Source: Candidatus Woesearchaeota archaeon (GTDB lineage Archaea > Nanobdellota > Nanobdellia > SCGC-AAA011-G17 > PNOQ01). Taken from it: 64,000 nucleotides of DNA. The notes beneath the pieces were generated by a model. It searched no databases. It was not told the origin of the DNA and saw only the letters and a program-made list of their open reading frames with translations. The position numbers and the translations under genes were made by a program. Within the stretch, counting starts at the first letter, position 1; each line of letters begins with the position of its first letter. Shown in pieces: positions 24,522-33,191 of this stretch. Location: contig CAYFNK010000001.1 in assembly GCA_964344555.1 (NCBI GenBank), positions 24,684-88,683 of the forward strand. Direction: 5' to 3'.

Positions 24522-25011
24522 GTTTAGTCACCACCTCAAAATCCATAAATCCTTTTTTTAATACTCCATATTCACTGTACAGCACATATTTTCTAGTAGA
24601 ATAACAATTCAAATTTGATTTTTTAACATCACAAAATAAACTCTGGGCAACAAGCTCTTTATTAATTTCAAGTTTTTGACTAATAGCTCCATCAAGAGAA
24701 AAAAAGTTTAATTCTACGCCTTGCCTATTACTAATAAAACATTCAGATAGCCTTTCTTCATTAAATTTGTTAATATCTATTATTCCTGGAAAAACTCTAT
24801 CCTCCGAAGAATAAGCCAAACAACTAGAAGAACCTAACAACAAATTTATAGGAAAATGGTTATCAAAAGATTCAGTAGCTATAGTATGTTCAGAAAAAAT
24901 GCCAAATATAAATATTATAATAAAACTTACAACAACCATAAAAAAGATATAAAATAGTATCTTTGGAGTTTCCTTGGCCATTATTATTTGGCCTTTTTTA
25001 TTAAGAAACAT
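24514..25011 (-). CDS. pilin-like protein (class III signal)
   Basis: Start moved from 25056 to the ATG at 25011, with AAGGTGAT 7 nt upstream: MFLNKKGQIIMAKETPKILFYIFFMVVVSFIIIFIFGIF. Confidence 0.55.
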   Translation of the reverse strand: MFLNKKGQIIMAKETPKILFYIFFMVVVSFIIIFIFGIFSEHTIATESFDNHFPINLLLGSSSCLAYSSEDRVFPGIIDINKFNEERLSECFISNRQGVELNFFSLDGAISQKLEINKELVAQSLFCDVKKSNLNCYSTRKYVLYSEYGVLKKGFMDFEVVTKLE

Positions 25012-25381
25012 TTCCAACATCACCTTCTTTTGAGATAGATACTTTTTCAACTTCAAAAGTTGATTCAGGATAATTCAAATCTAAAGAATTACCTGGACAC
25101 AAAAAGAATCCTCCAGAATAAATGGAGGTCCCAATCTTACTAACCCTAAAAGAACAGGGTTCTTCAAATAAGACATCATAATTTTTATTTAATTCATAAC
25201 TAAAACTTACATCATTTGGAGAAGCAAAAACAACTTGACCAAATAAAGCCAAGTCTGAAGCAAGATTTTTTTCATTAAATGATTCAGTACTTGCCAACTT
25301 ATTCATTGCAGAAAATAAAGTCATAAATGCTACGACTGCTATGACAGTATAACCGAGCCAAAGATAAGTTCTTGAATCCAT
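25001..25381 (-). CDS. N-terminally hydrophobic pilus-operon protein (126 aa)
   Basis: MDSRTYLWLGYTVIAVVAFMTLFSAM. Lacks the KKG motif but has the same architecture. Confidence 0.45.
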   Translation of the reverse strand: MDSRTYLWLGYTVIAVVAFMTLFSAMNKLASTESFNEKNLASDLALFGQVVFASPNDVSFSYELNKNYDVLFEEPCSFRVSKIGTSIYSGGFFLCPGNSLDLNYPESTFEVEKVSISKEGDVGNVS

Positions 25382-25418
25382 AAAAAATTCTTAATTCAAT
25401 TATTTAAATTAGTTTTTA

Positions 25419-25982
25419 TTATAAGATTCCATAAACTTCATCAAGTTCTTCAATAGTTTCTTCATTTGCAATTTCTTTTAAAATTAGATTATTATCCATC
25501 TTTGCAATATACAAATTTACGCTATCTCCTTCAACATAAGTTACAACTCCTGTTTCTGAGTTTCCAGGTTCATCCGTTTCAATTTTATCAAATTCAAATA
25601 CTCTAACTATTTCAGAACCTATGCAGGAATTCGTTTCAGGGCCTGCTCTACATAAAATTATGCATGAACTTTGAAAACATCCATTAGGCGGCCTTTCATA
25701 ATACCCATTGGTACCAGAACCCTTACTTGGATCTTTTTCAAAAACAACAATATAGAAACCTTCACTAGTTTTGATTACTTGGGACGTACTTTCTCCTTCT
25801 TCTAAATTATTAATAACTGTTTCGAGAGTATTAAGTGATTTTTCAGTTAATTCTGCAGGATCTTGAAAAAAAATATCTAAAAATTTATTACCAATGGTTA
25901 AAGAAAAAATAAGAATTATAACCCCAAGGACAAGACCTATACCTATCTTAATAGTCATACTTAAATCTGCTTTTTTATTCAT
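25419..25982 (-). CDS. pilin-like protein (class III signal)
   Basis: MNKKADLSMTIKIGIGLVLGVIILIFSL. Confidence 0.6.
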   Translation of the reverse strand: MNKKADLSMTIKIGIGLVLGVIILIFSLTIGNKFLDIFFQDPAELTEKSLNTLETVINNLEEGESTSQVIKTSEGFYIVVFEKDPSKGSGTNGYYERPPNGCFQSSCIILCRAGPETNSCIGSEIVRVFEFDKIETDEPGNSETGVVTYVEGDSVNLYIAKMDNNLILKEIANEETIEELDEVYGIL

Positions 25983-26164
25983 TCTATCACTTCAGTATAA
26001 TCTATATCTGGGGCAGAAGTTCCAGAAACAAATTCCCTAATCGAATCAAAAAAATCTCCTGCTTGTCCAGTAAAGATAAGAGCAATAACTACTAAAACAA
26101 GCAAAGCGATAAGAGCAATGATTAGTGTTTCTACAGACAATCCCTGCCCTTTTTTATCTTGCAT
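25979..26164 (-). CDS. short pilin (61 aa), major-pilin candidate
   Basis: ATG at 26164 (the track start at 26179 is a GTG): MQDKKGQGLSVETLIIALIALLVLVVIALIFTGQAG. Confidence 0.7.
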   Translation of the reverse strand: MQDKKGQGLSVETLIIALIALLVLVVIALIFTGQAGDFFDSIREFVSGTSAPDIDYTEVIE

Positions 26165-26165
26165 T

Positions 26166-26540
26166 TTAAAATGCTGCACAACCAGTACCTGAGGAAAATT
26201 CTCTTTCAGTTATAGCATCACATGACACCGCTGCTAATTCTGAACATGTAGCTTCAGAATCTACTTGTCCGTCTCCATCTACATCAAATTCATAGACTTC
26301 GGTACAGAACTTTTCAGCAAGATCTTCATCACCAGTAACTTGGAAAGATGTACAAATAGAGTTACATTGAACCGCAGACCCTTGGGCTTCTTGTCCTCCG
26401 CCTAATCTTCCCAACCATTCGGCAAAATTACCAAATCCACCAGTCAGGGCTAGAGCAATAAGAACTAATACAAGAATAGCAAGTATGAATATAATAATGG
26501 CATTTACAGATAATCCTTGCCCCTTTTTATTCTCAAACAT
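26166..26540 (-). CDS. pilin (124 aa) with a Cys-rich head
   Basis: GAGGTGAT SD. MFENKKGQGLSVNAIIIFILAILVLVLIALALTGGFG. The head has six Cys and DVDGDGQVD. Confidence 0.7.
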   Translation of the reverse strand: MFENKKGQGLSVNAIIIFILAILVLVLIALALTGGFGNFAEWLGRLGGGQEAQGSAVQCNSICTSFQVTGDEDLAEKFCTEVYEFDVDGDGQVDSEATCSELAAVSCDAITEREFSSGTGCAAF

Positions 26541-26590
26541 TAAATCACCTCTATTTTAACTTTAAATTGACAATTATTTAAACTTTTTGA

Positions 26591-27184
26591 TTAATTACAT
26601 ACTTCTTTTCCTGCATCAGTAAGCTGTCTTGCTATCTCTCTACTTACAATAGCAAGCCTATTGTCTTTTAATTTATAAAAAATGCTACTTAAATCCAAAA
26701 GATCACTATCTAAGTTGGATACAACCTGTGAATCTGGAGAATATTCTATTTTTAAAAATTCTAGATTATTGATGTCCAAGAATACTCCATCAGAAAATAC
26801 TACACCAAAAGAATCAAGACCGGTTAATACTTTATCTGAAACAAGTCCGCCCAAATGATTGTACAATCCAATTGTTAAAACTTCATTCTGAAGATAAATT
26901 TCTAAACTATAACTGTTGGGAAATATAATTTCATCATCCATACAAAAACATTCATCCTCGTTACTAGAAATGCAGTCTAAAAGCATAAGGGAAATATTCT
27001 GTTCAAATAACTCCTTAGATTCACTCTGCACCTTTATCTCTCCGGCCGTTAAAGTTACACCAAAACCCAGCTTTTCCTTTATATCATCAAATACGGGAAC
27101 AAAAACAAAAATAACAGTAACTATTAAAATCAATATCAATACTGCTGCAATAATATGAGAGAAAGCAATTCTTCCTTTTTTCAT
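26591..27184 (-). CDS. pilin-like protein (class III signal)
   Basis: MKKGRIAFSHIIAAVLILILIVTVIFVFV. Confidence 0.6.
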   Translation of the reverse strand: MKKGRIAFSHIIAAVLILILIVTVIFVFVPVFDDIKEKLGFGVTLTAGEIKVQSESKELFEQNISLMLLDCISSNEDECFCMDDEIIFPNSYSLEIYLQNEVLTIGLYNHLGGLVSDKVLTGLDSFGVVFSDGVFLDINNLEFLKIEYSPDSQVVSNLDSDLLDLSSIFYKLKDNRLAIVSREIARQLTDAGKEVCN

Positions 27185-27339
27185 TATCCTCCACCAAACC
27201 TAAATAATAATTTTATACTTTCAACAGATTCCAAAAATCTTTCCTTTTGAGTAAACACAAGGACAAGCGCCAAAACTAAAAACACCAACAATAATATCCA
27301 TCCTCCAAGTTTATCCCACACAATTTCTCCTTTTTTCAT
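27184..27339 (-). CDS. mini pilin-like ORF (51 aa), not in ORF track
   Basis: MKKGEIVWDKLGGWILLLVFLVLALVLVFTQKERFLESVESIKLLFRFGGG. ATGA overlap upstream and TAATG overlap downstream. Confidence 0.5.
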   Translation of the reverse strand: MKKGEIVWDKLGGWILLLVFLVLALVLVFTQKERFLESVESIKLLFRFGGG

Positions 27340-28166
27340 TGATTACACCTGCCCAAAACTTCATCACTATTTCCTATATACATCCCCTGAGGAGTTCCAG
27401 ATTTAGAAGTAGTGAGATAAGTCGTTCCTACAATAGTTCCTGCAGCACTACACGCAAGAACAGTAGTCGTGCCGAATGAAAAAACTCCAGATATGATTCC
27501 TGCCCCACAAAGGGTTACAGCAGTACCAAGAGCCACATAGCCAGATTCAGCTACATCTTCTCCAGTAGTTCTTTTATCTGAAAAAAAAGTTATATATAAC
27601 GGTTCTTCAGTAGAATATTCTTCTTCAAAGGTTTGAGTTGCAATTTCAAAGTCCTGCACATTAGCAATATAAATTTCTCCATAAAAATATTCAAAGAAAG
27701 TTTGGTCTTCAGAAAATGGAACTTTTTCAGTTTTCAAGTAATTAAACAGGTTATTTAAAGTGGGATTTTCTTCTTGTACATTTTCGCTAAAATCCAATCT
27801 TGAACAGACAAAACACCAGTTGTCTCCTTCCCAAAAATCCCATTCACCTTCAAAATCTAATTCTCCTTCTCCAAACTGATACCAACAATCATACATCTCA
27901 TTAGTAATTGTCTCATAAATTTTGTTTTCATCCCTAGATTCAACCTCGAGCACATCAGTTTCACACTCTAAAGTTCCACCATAAATGGGCTCCCCAAATA
28001 CTGCAGTTTGTTCCCTCAATAAAACACTGGTTCTACAAGCTTCTCTAGATGATGTTTCCCCTCCACTTCTCAAAATACTAGTAACTATAACTAAAAGAAT
28101 CCCTGCGATAACTAAAACAACTATTCCTGCAACTATATTTCTAAACAACAGACCTTTCTTATACAA
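27336..28166 (-). CDS. pilin-like protein (class III signal)
   Basis: The track start at 28175 is a TTG abutting the SD. The TTG at 28166 (AGAGGA 9 nt upstream) gives (M)YKKGLLFRNIVAGIVVLVIAGILLVIV. Confidence 0.55.
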   Translation of the reverse strand: MYKKGLLFRNIVAGIVVLVIAGILLVIVTSILRSGGETSSREACRTSVLLREQTAVFGEPIYGGTLECETDVLEVESRDENKIYETITNEMYDCWYQFGEGELDFEGEWDFWEGDNWCFVCSRLDFSENVQEENPTLNNLFNYLKTEKVPFSEDQTFFEYFYGEIYIANVQDFEIATQTFEEEYSTEEPLYITFFSDKRTTGEDVAESGYVALGTAVTLCGAGIISGVFSFGTTTVLACSAAGTIVGTTYLTTSKSGTPQGMYIGNSDEVLGRCNQ

Positions 28167-28278
28167 AGCTACCAATCCTCTTTATAATTATTTGATAAAA
28201 TATCCATAAAATTAACAAAACTAAAACAATTCTAAAAATATAATTCAAAAACTCTTTGGTTTGACCCCTTTTTTCCAT
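28159..28278 (-). CDS. mini pilin-like ORF (39 aa), not in ORF track
   Basis: MEKRGQTKEFLNYIFRIVLVLLILWIFYQIIIKRIGSFV. No clear SD. Confidence 0.3.
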   Translation of the reverse strand: MEKRGQTKEFLNYIFRIVLVLLILWIFYQIIIKRIGSFV

Positions 28279-28316
28279 ATTTTCACAATTAAATATTAAG
28301 TTTATAATTATTTCTA

Positions 28317-30437
28317 CTACATCTGAGTTGAAGAGAGTACTTCTCCTGCAACAAAGTTAAAAAATATGACCACAATTAGAGATATAATAAAGTATAGCAA
28401 CGAACTTTTCAACAAATTTTTTCCAAGACTATGTTGTTCATTTAATTTATCAGCACCGTGTTCTATTCCATTAGATAATACAGTAAGTACATAAACTACT
28501 TGTACAACATAAAGTCCTACTATAATTTGAAAGAAATATCCTGGAATTGCTGCTGTTTTCTCAAAAAGTTCACTAATACTAACAACATCTATCTTATAAT
28601 TAGCCGTACCTGCATTTAATTGTTGCATCATAGCTCCTAACTTAGAAATTATCCCTACAATCATGCTAGCGATACCAACTACTATTCCTGCAATAACTGG
28701 TGCCATGAAATTAATTTGGCTTTTCATACTAGATATAATTTCGGCAAGTAAATCTTTTAATCTATCATTAACTTTTTTTACATTATTAACATAAGACGAA
28801 ATACTTAACAAAGATTGAGAAACCACCTGGGGACCTTTACGTGAACTTTCAACTAAAATTTCCATTGAACTTTTTACAAGAGGGCTTGGATAATCCTTTA
28901 TTGCGCCTTTCTCACTATCAAATATTGCCTTTTTCAAACTCATACCAAGATTACTTATATTATGATGAATTCTACCAAACAATTTTCCAGTAGGAGTTCC
29001 TTCCATAGTTTTAGCAACATCACTAAATGCAATTTCAGTAGGTACTCCATCCCCAATTCTTGTTCCTAACTGAAATATCCCTACTGAAAACTCTTTTTCT
29101 AATTTTTTAGTCTCATCTCTTATTTTTTTTCCTTCTCTAGATTTAGACTTAAAATAAAAAGATAAACTAATCGCAATTCCTATAGGAATTAAAAAACTCA
29201 AAAGGATTGATCCTAGTCCGAATGGACCAAAACATCCACTAGAAGTACATTCAAAATCTAAAAATTTTTCACCTTCCCACAAATCAAAATCAAATTCTGG
29301 AGAAACAAAATTTAAGACAAAAGGAGATAATCCCAAACTTAAAAAAATAAATAACAGGAAGAATGAGAAAAAACTAGACCCTTTTTTAGTAGGTAAATCT
29401 ATTTTTGTTTCACCATACCCTGACGGCCTTTTGCTCAAAATATTAGTCCCAATATTATAGACTAGAATAGGTAAGAAGATATTATAAACCATTGCCAAAT
29501 GATACCATTTGACGCCTTCCATGAATGCACCAACTAGGGGGAAGATAACTAATCCTAAAATTGGTAATATAACTCCCAACATGTGTAACATTGTAATCGG
29601 ACTTTGAAGATTATGGGCATATTTCAACATCTTATCATATGTCCCATCAAGAATAACATCCAAAGATTTATCTAACAATTCTAATCTTCTGGTTTTACTT
29701 GGCTCGTACAAACTACTTTCTAACAAATGAAAAGAATTAACAAACTCTATGTTATATTTTCTCCAAAAACTAAGATAATTTTCCAAAGATTCTTTCAATG
29801 TAGAGTACTTCCCAGTTTCAACATCCCAAAATACTTTTCTCATATCAAGAGCTAAAGGATCTCCTATATGTTCGGATGCGAATTTAATTGCATTTTCAAA
29901 ATTTGAAGTATGTCTCATATAAATTACCATATAGAGTATACATAAAACCATCTGATCACTTACTTTTAATCTCCACTTGGTTGCAATTCCTATCGGCAAT
30001 CTAGTAATTGGCTTTATCAAAAGTAAAGCAACTACTGCAAGAAAGATTGAAATAAGAAGTAACCCAAACTCACCGAAACCACTCAAAACCAAAGAAGTTA
30101 TTCCCAAAAACAAAGTAAATAAAACCAAAAGACCAGAAAGCAAAATTGCAAAACTTGATGCTCCTCTCGGAGTTATTTGCAAATGAGTTATATTTATGCT
30201 TTCTTGAATTATTGGTAAATCTTTTTCAGAAGGCATTGTTTTGATAATTGTTTCAGAGATATTACACAGTTTTTCATAAATGCTAAGTTTTTTAGATGTT
30301 GATTCTTTTCTGAACTTTGAGTATTCTCTAGAAAATTCCGGATCTGGTTTGTAATGTTCTACATTAGAAATTCTTTTTTCTAATTTTGACTGATATTTAT
30401 TTAATATCTTTTCTACTTCTTCCCTTGGGATAGACAT
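28317..30437 (-). CDS. type IV pilus/archaellum platform membrane protein (FlaJ/TadC-like, 706 aa)
   Basis: Polytopic. Two cytoplasmic T2SSF-like helical regions (IKFASEHIGDPLALDMRKVFWDVETGK... and FSDVAKTMEGTPTGKLFGRIHHNISNLGMSLKKAI). 1-nt overlap (TAATG) with the ATPase gene. Confidence 0.7.
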   Translation of the reverse strand: MSIPREEVEKILNKYQSKLEKRISNVEHYKPDPEFSREYSKFRKESTSKKLSIYEKLCNISETIIKTMPSEKDLPIIQESINITHLQITPRGASSFAILLSGLLVLFTLFLGITSLVLSGFGEFGLLLISIFLAVVALLLIKPITRLPIGIATKWRLKVSDQMVLCILYMVIYMRHTSNFENAIKFASEHIGDPLALDMRKVFWDVETGKYSTLKESLENYLSFWRKYNIEFVNSFHLLESSLYEPSKTRRLELLDKSLDVILDGTYDKMLKYAHNLQSPITMLHMLGVILPILGLVIFPLVGAFMEGVKWYHLAMVYNIFLPILVYNIGTNILSKRPSGYGETKIDLPTKKGSSFFSFFLLFIFLSLGLSPFVLNFVSPEFDFDLWEGEKFLDFECTSSGCFGPFGLGSILLSFLIPIGIAISLSFYFKSKSREGKKIRDETKKLEKEFSVGIFQLGTRIGDGVPTEIAFSDVAKTMEGTPTGKLFGRIHHNISNLGMSLKKAIFDSEKGAIKDYPSPLVKSSMEILVESSRKGPQVVSQSLLSISSYVNNVKKVNDRLKDLLAEIISSMKSQINFMAPVIAGIVVGIASMIVGIISKLGAMMQQLNAGTANYKIDVVSISELFEKTAAIPGYFFQIIVGLYVVQVVYVLTVLSNGIEHGADKLNEQHSLGKNLLKSSLLYFIISLIVVIFFNFVAGEVLSSTQM

Positions 30438-32710
30438 TATTCGCCTCTTTTTAATTCTTTTTTAAACCACTCATTCCATCTGAAAAATATTTTATCATTA
30501 TCCAACATTCCATATTTTCTCAAAATTTCATCAGAGACACTATGAAATACATCATTAGACCTTATTACAAATTTTGCTTCAAGTATATCTTTTCTATTTT
30601 TCTTTGCAGCTTCAACAAGAGTCTCTTTAATTTTTGTTCTTAATAAAATATTTTCCCATGCAGCATCCCAGTTTCCTGCCCATTCTTTGACACTGCCTGC
30701 AATTTCTTTTATAATTTCGGAATCTCCATTTAGTAAATTGTCTGTTGGTTCAAGCTGATCTGTTTTATGATCATATCTCATCAAATCAACAAATGCACCT
30801 TCTGCAAGAGGATCTTCTTCCCACTCTTTTCTGACTTCAGTTATGCTAACAACTCTCCTTAGTTTATGCAATCCATCGGGAGACCTAACTGGATTTGCTA
30901 CCACTATTATGTCTGTAGCCTTGAAACTGGTTTTTGGAACTTGAAGATCATTAACAACCCTATCAAAAACAGAATAAGGACTTCCTCCATGGATAGTTCC
31001 TGCAACAACATTAGCTAATGCTCCCACTCTCATTGCTTCATACAATGCCAAGGCTTCCTTACTTCTAATCTCTCCAACTATTAAACTACTATCTCCAAGT
31101 CTTAAACTAGTTCTTATTCCTTCATCCGCAGCTAGCTCAGTTCCTCCTGCAGCCAGAGCAGATCTAACCTTCATAGGTTGAATATTATATCCGAGACCTC
31201 TCAACGAAGTTACTGGTAATTCAAGAGTATCTTCCACAGTGATTATCCTATACTTTCTCATAATCTCAACTAAACAAGAACCTAACAGAGAAGTTTTACC
31301 GCTACTTCTAGTTCCAGCAACGAGAAGAGTTCTTGAACCATCTATCAAAAAACTTAAAAGCCCTGCGGCTAAAGGACTTAACATTTTATTTTCAACAAAC
31401 AAGGATAATGTCCAAGGCATATCTCTATGCCTTCTAAATGAAAAACTTAAACCAACTGGATTCAAGGGAGAAGAGATAATTGAAACTCTAGCTCTAAAAC
31501 CTGGAACGACCAATTCAGTATCTAACACTGGATTTGCCTCATCCAACGGCCTTCCAGACATTATCCTAAATTTTGTAGCCCAACTTTCACCATCTTCGGA
31601 ACTAGGGATTATATTTGTTATGCAATCTCCAAAATCTTGGTGAACAATAAAAAGAGGAGTTTCACCAATGGGACCATTTACTGAAACGTCCTGTATTTTT
31701 GGATCAGAAAGTAAAACCTCTATTAAACCAAAACCAATTGTATACCTCACCAAAATGTTTGCTAAAGTTTCAGATTCTTCATAAGTCAAAGGAATTTGCC
31801 TACTTTCAGAAAGTTCTTTTAGCAAATCTCTTCCTATATTAAAAAAAGTTTGTCTAATTCTATAAGGGTCCGTAAACTCTTCAGTAGTAGGCTTATGTTC
31901 TGAAAGAATTGTCTTAGCCAAGTCTAATAACTCTATGTGGTCTTCTGAAAGATTAAATTCTGGAGGAGTTAGATGGTACATTGTCTTGATATCTTCTTCA
32001 GTTTTAAGAATAACAACGCTAGTTTGGGGGGTTATAGAATAACTATCTACTTCTTCAGCACCAATTGGAATACTTGACATCAATCTTGTTAACATAAAAT
32101 TAGGAGAAATCGTTGGCCTGAATACCTGGGAATAAATAGTTCTGTCGCCTATTGCATAACCGTCTAAATTATCTTTAACTTGTTTTATTAAACTAGATTT
32201 ATCTAAAAGCTCATAAACTATGGTTAAAATTTTCAGATAAGAATTTTCATCTTTTACATCAAGCGGATTTTTTACGTTTTTAATTCTAATTTTTTGTTCT
32301 CTTATCAATCTCTTAACTTCAACATATGCTCCAATTGGATCACTTTTCAAAAGACTAGTTACAACATACTCCAAGTCTGAAAATCTTGAAGGATTTCTTT
32401 GAAAATAAGTTAAATCAATCCCAGAAGCACTCAAGATTTTTTTCTGTTTAACAAGGAATGTATAAATATTAGCTATTTCTCTTAATAATTGAATTTGGTC
32501 CGACCCATATTGATAATTTCTATCTGAGGAAAGAATAATTCTACTAATTTCAGGAACTTCCAGAATCCTGTCCATTATGGCTGCCATAGCCATAGAATCA
32601 TACTCTAAAGATGGAGAAAAAGGTAAACCAAGGAAATTAACCTTCATTACTTCTTCTCTTCCTTCTTTTATAACTTTATATTCTCCGGGTTTCAAACTTT
32701 CCTCTGCCAA
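30437..32710 (-). CDS. type IV pilus/secretion ATPase (FlaI/PilB/VirB11 superfamily) with a long N-terminal extension, 757 aa
   Basis: Walker A VAGTRSSGKTSLLG. Also LIVGEIRSKEA and GTIHGGS motifs. TTG start with GGTGAT 6 nt upstream. Confidence 0.8.
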   Translation of the reverse strand: MAEESLKPGEYKVIKEGREEVMKVNFLGLPFSPSLEYDSMAMAAIMDRILEVPEISRIILSSDRNYQYGSDQIQLLREIANIYTFLVKQKKILSASGIDLTYFQRNPSRFSDLEYVVTSLLKSDPIGAYVEVKRLIREQKIRIKNVKNPLDVKDENSYLKILTIVYELLDKSSLIKQVKDNLDGYAIGDRTIYSQVFRPTISPNFMLTRLMSSIPIGAEEVDSYSITPQTSVVILKTEEDIKTMYHLTPPEFNLSEDHIELLDLAKTILSEHKPTTEEFTDPYRIRQTFFNIGRDLLKELSESRQIPLTYEESETLANILVRYTIGFGLIEVLLSDPKIQDVSVNGPIGETPLFIVHQDFGDCITNIIPSSEDGESWATKFRIMSGRPLDEANPVLDTELVVPGFRARVSIISSPLNPVGLSFSFRRHRDMPWTLSLFVENKMLSPLAAGLLSFLIDGSRTLLVAGTRSSGKTSLLGSCLVEIMRKYRIITVEDTLELPVTSLRGLGYNIQPMKVRSALAAGGTELAADEGIRTSLRLGDSSLIVGEIRSKEALALYEAMRVGALANVVAGTIHGGSPYSVFDRVVNDLQVPKTSFKATDIIVVANPVRSPDGLHKLRRVVSITEVRKEWEEDPLAEGAFVDLMRYDHKTDQLEPTDNLLNGDSEIIKEIAGSVKEWAGNWDAAWENILLRTKIKETLVEAAKKNRKDILEAKFVIRSNDVFHSVSDEILRKYGMLDNDKIFFRWNEWFKKELKRGE

Positions 32711-32736
32711 GATTTAATCACCACTTGTAAAAAACA

Positions 32737-32754
32737 ACATAATGTTTATTATGT
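32737..32754. promoter_or_regulatory. palindrome ACATAAT-GTTT-ATTATGT in the divergent promoter region
   Basis: Perfect 7-bp arms centred in the 90-bp gap between the ATPase operon and 32801..33178. Confidence 0.35.
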
Positions 32755-32800
32755 ATAGAAATATACATTACTAATCTTAAAATAACTTTCGCTTCAAAAA

Positions 32801-33178
32801 ATGGATCAAATGCCTCAAGAAAATACAATATTAAACAATTTAAATACTAAAGTAAGAATCTTAGAAGGAAAATACAACACTACGCGTGAAAGACTTCTTT
32901 CAATAAATCAAACGTCAATAGAGCATTATAAAAAAATAAATTCAGATATTCACACCCTAAATGACGACATAAAAGAGATAAAAGAAAATATAGAGAATCT
33001 AAAAAAAACAATTAAAGACTTAATACGAGAACTAAATTTGTTTGCAAGAAAAGATCAAGTAAAAATTTTAGAAAAGTATATTAACCTGTGGAATCCATTA
33101 AACTTTGTAACCGAAGAAGAAGTTTTAGAATTAATCGAAAAAAATAAATTAAAAAATGTCACTAAATCTAAAAAATAA
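32801..33178 (+). CDS. coiled-coil protein (125 aa)
   Basis: Heptad-rich. C-terminal LEKYINLWNPLNFVTEEEVLELIE. Confidence 0.5.
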   Translation: MDQMPQENTILNNLNTKVRILEGKYNTTRERLLSINQTSIEHYKKINSDIHTLNDDIKEIKENIENLKKTIKDLIRELNLFARKDQVKILEKYINLWNPLNFVTEEEVLELIEKNKLKNVTKSKK

Positions 33179-33191
33179 AAAAGAGGAGACA

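Noticed and set aside
24514-25056. Long N-terminal extension (MKLKKYLSQKKVMLE...) on a pilin-like ORF; similar extensions at 18216, 33156, 35651, 35712, 26179 and 11017
   Set aside because: Internal ATGs preceded by good SD or TATA signals give N-termini matching family expectations (MFLNKKGQ..., MLEIILL..., MPSVYKNIILLGTSH...). The extensions overlap upstream genes.
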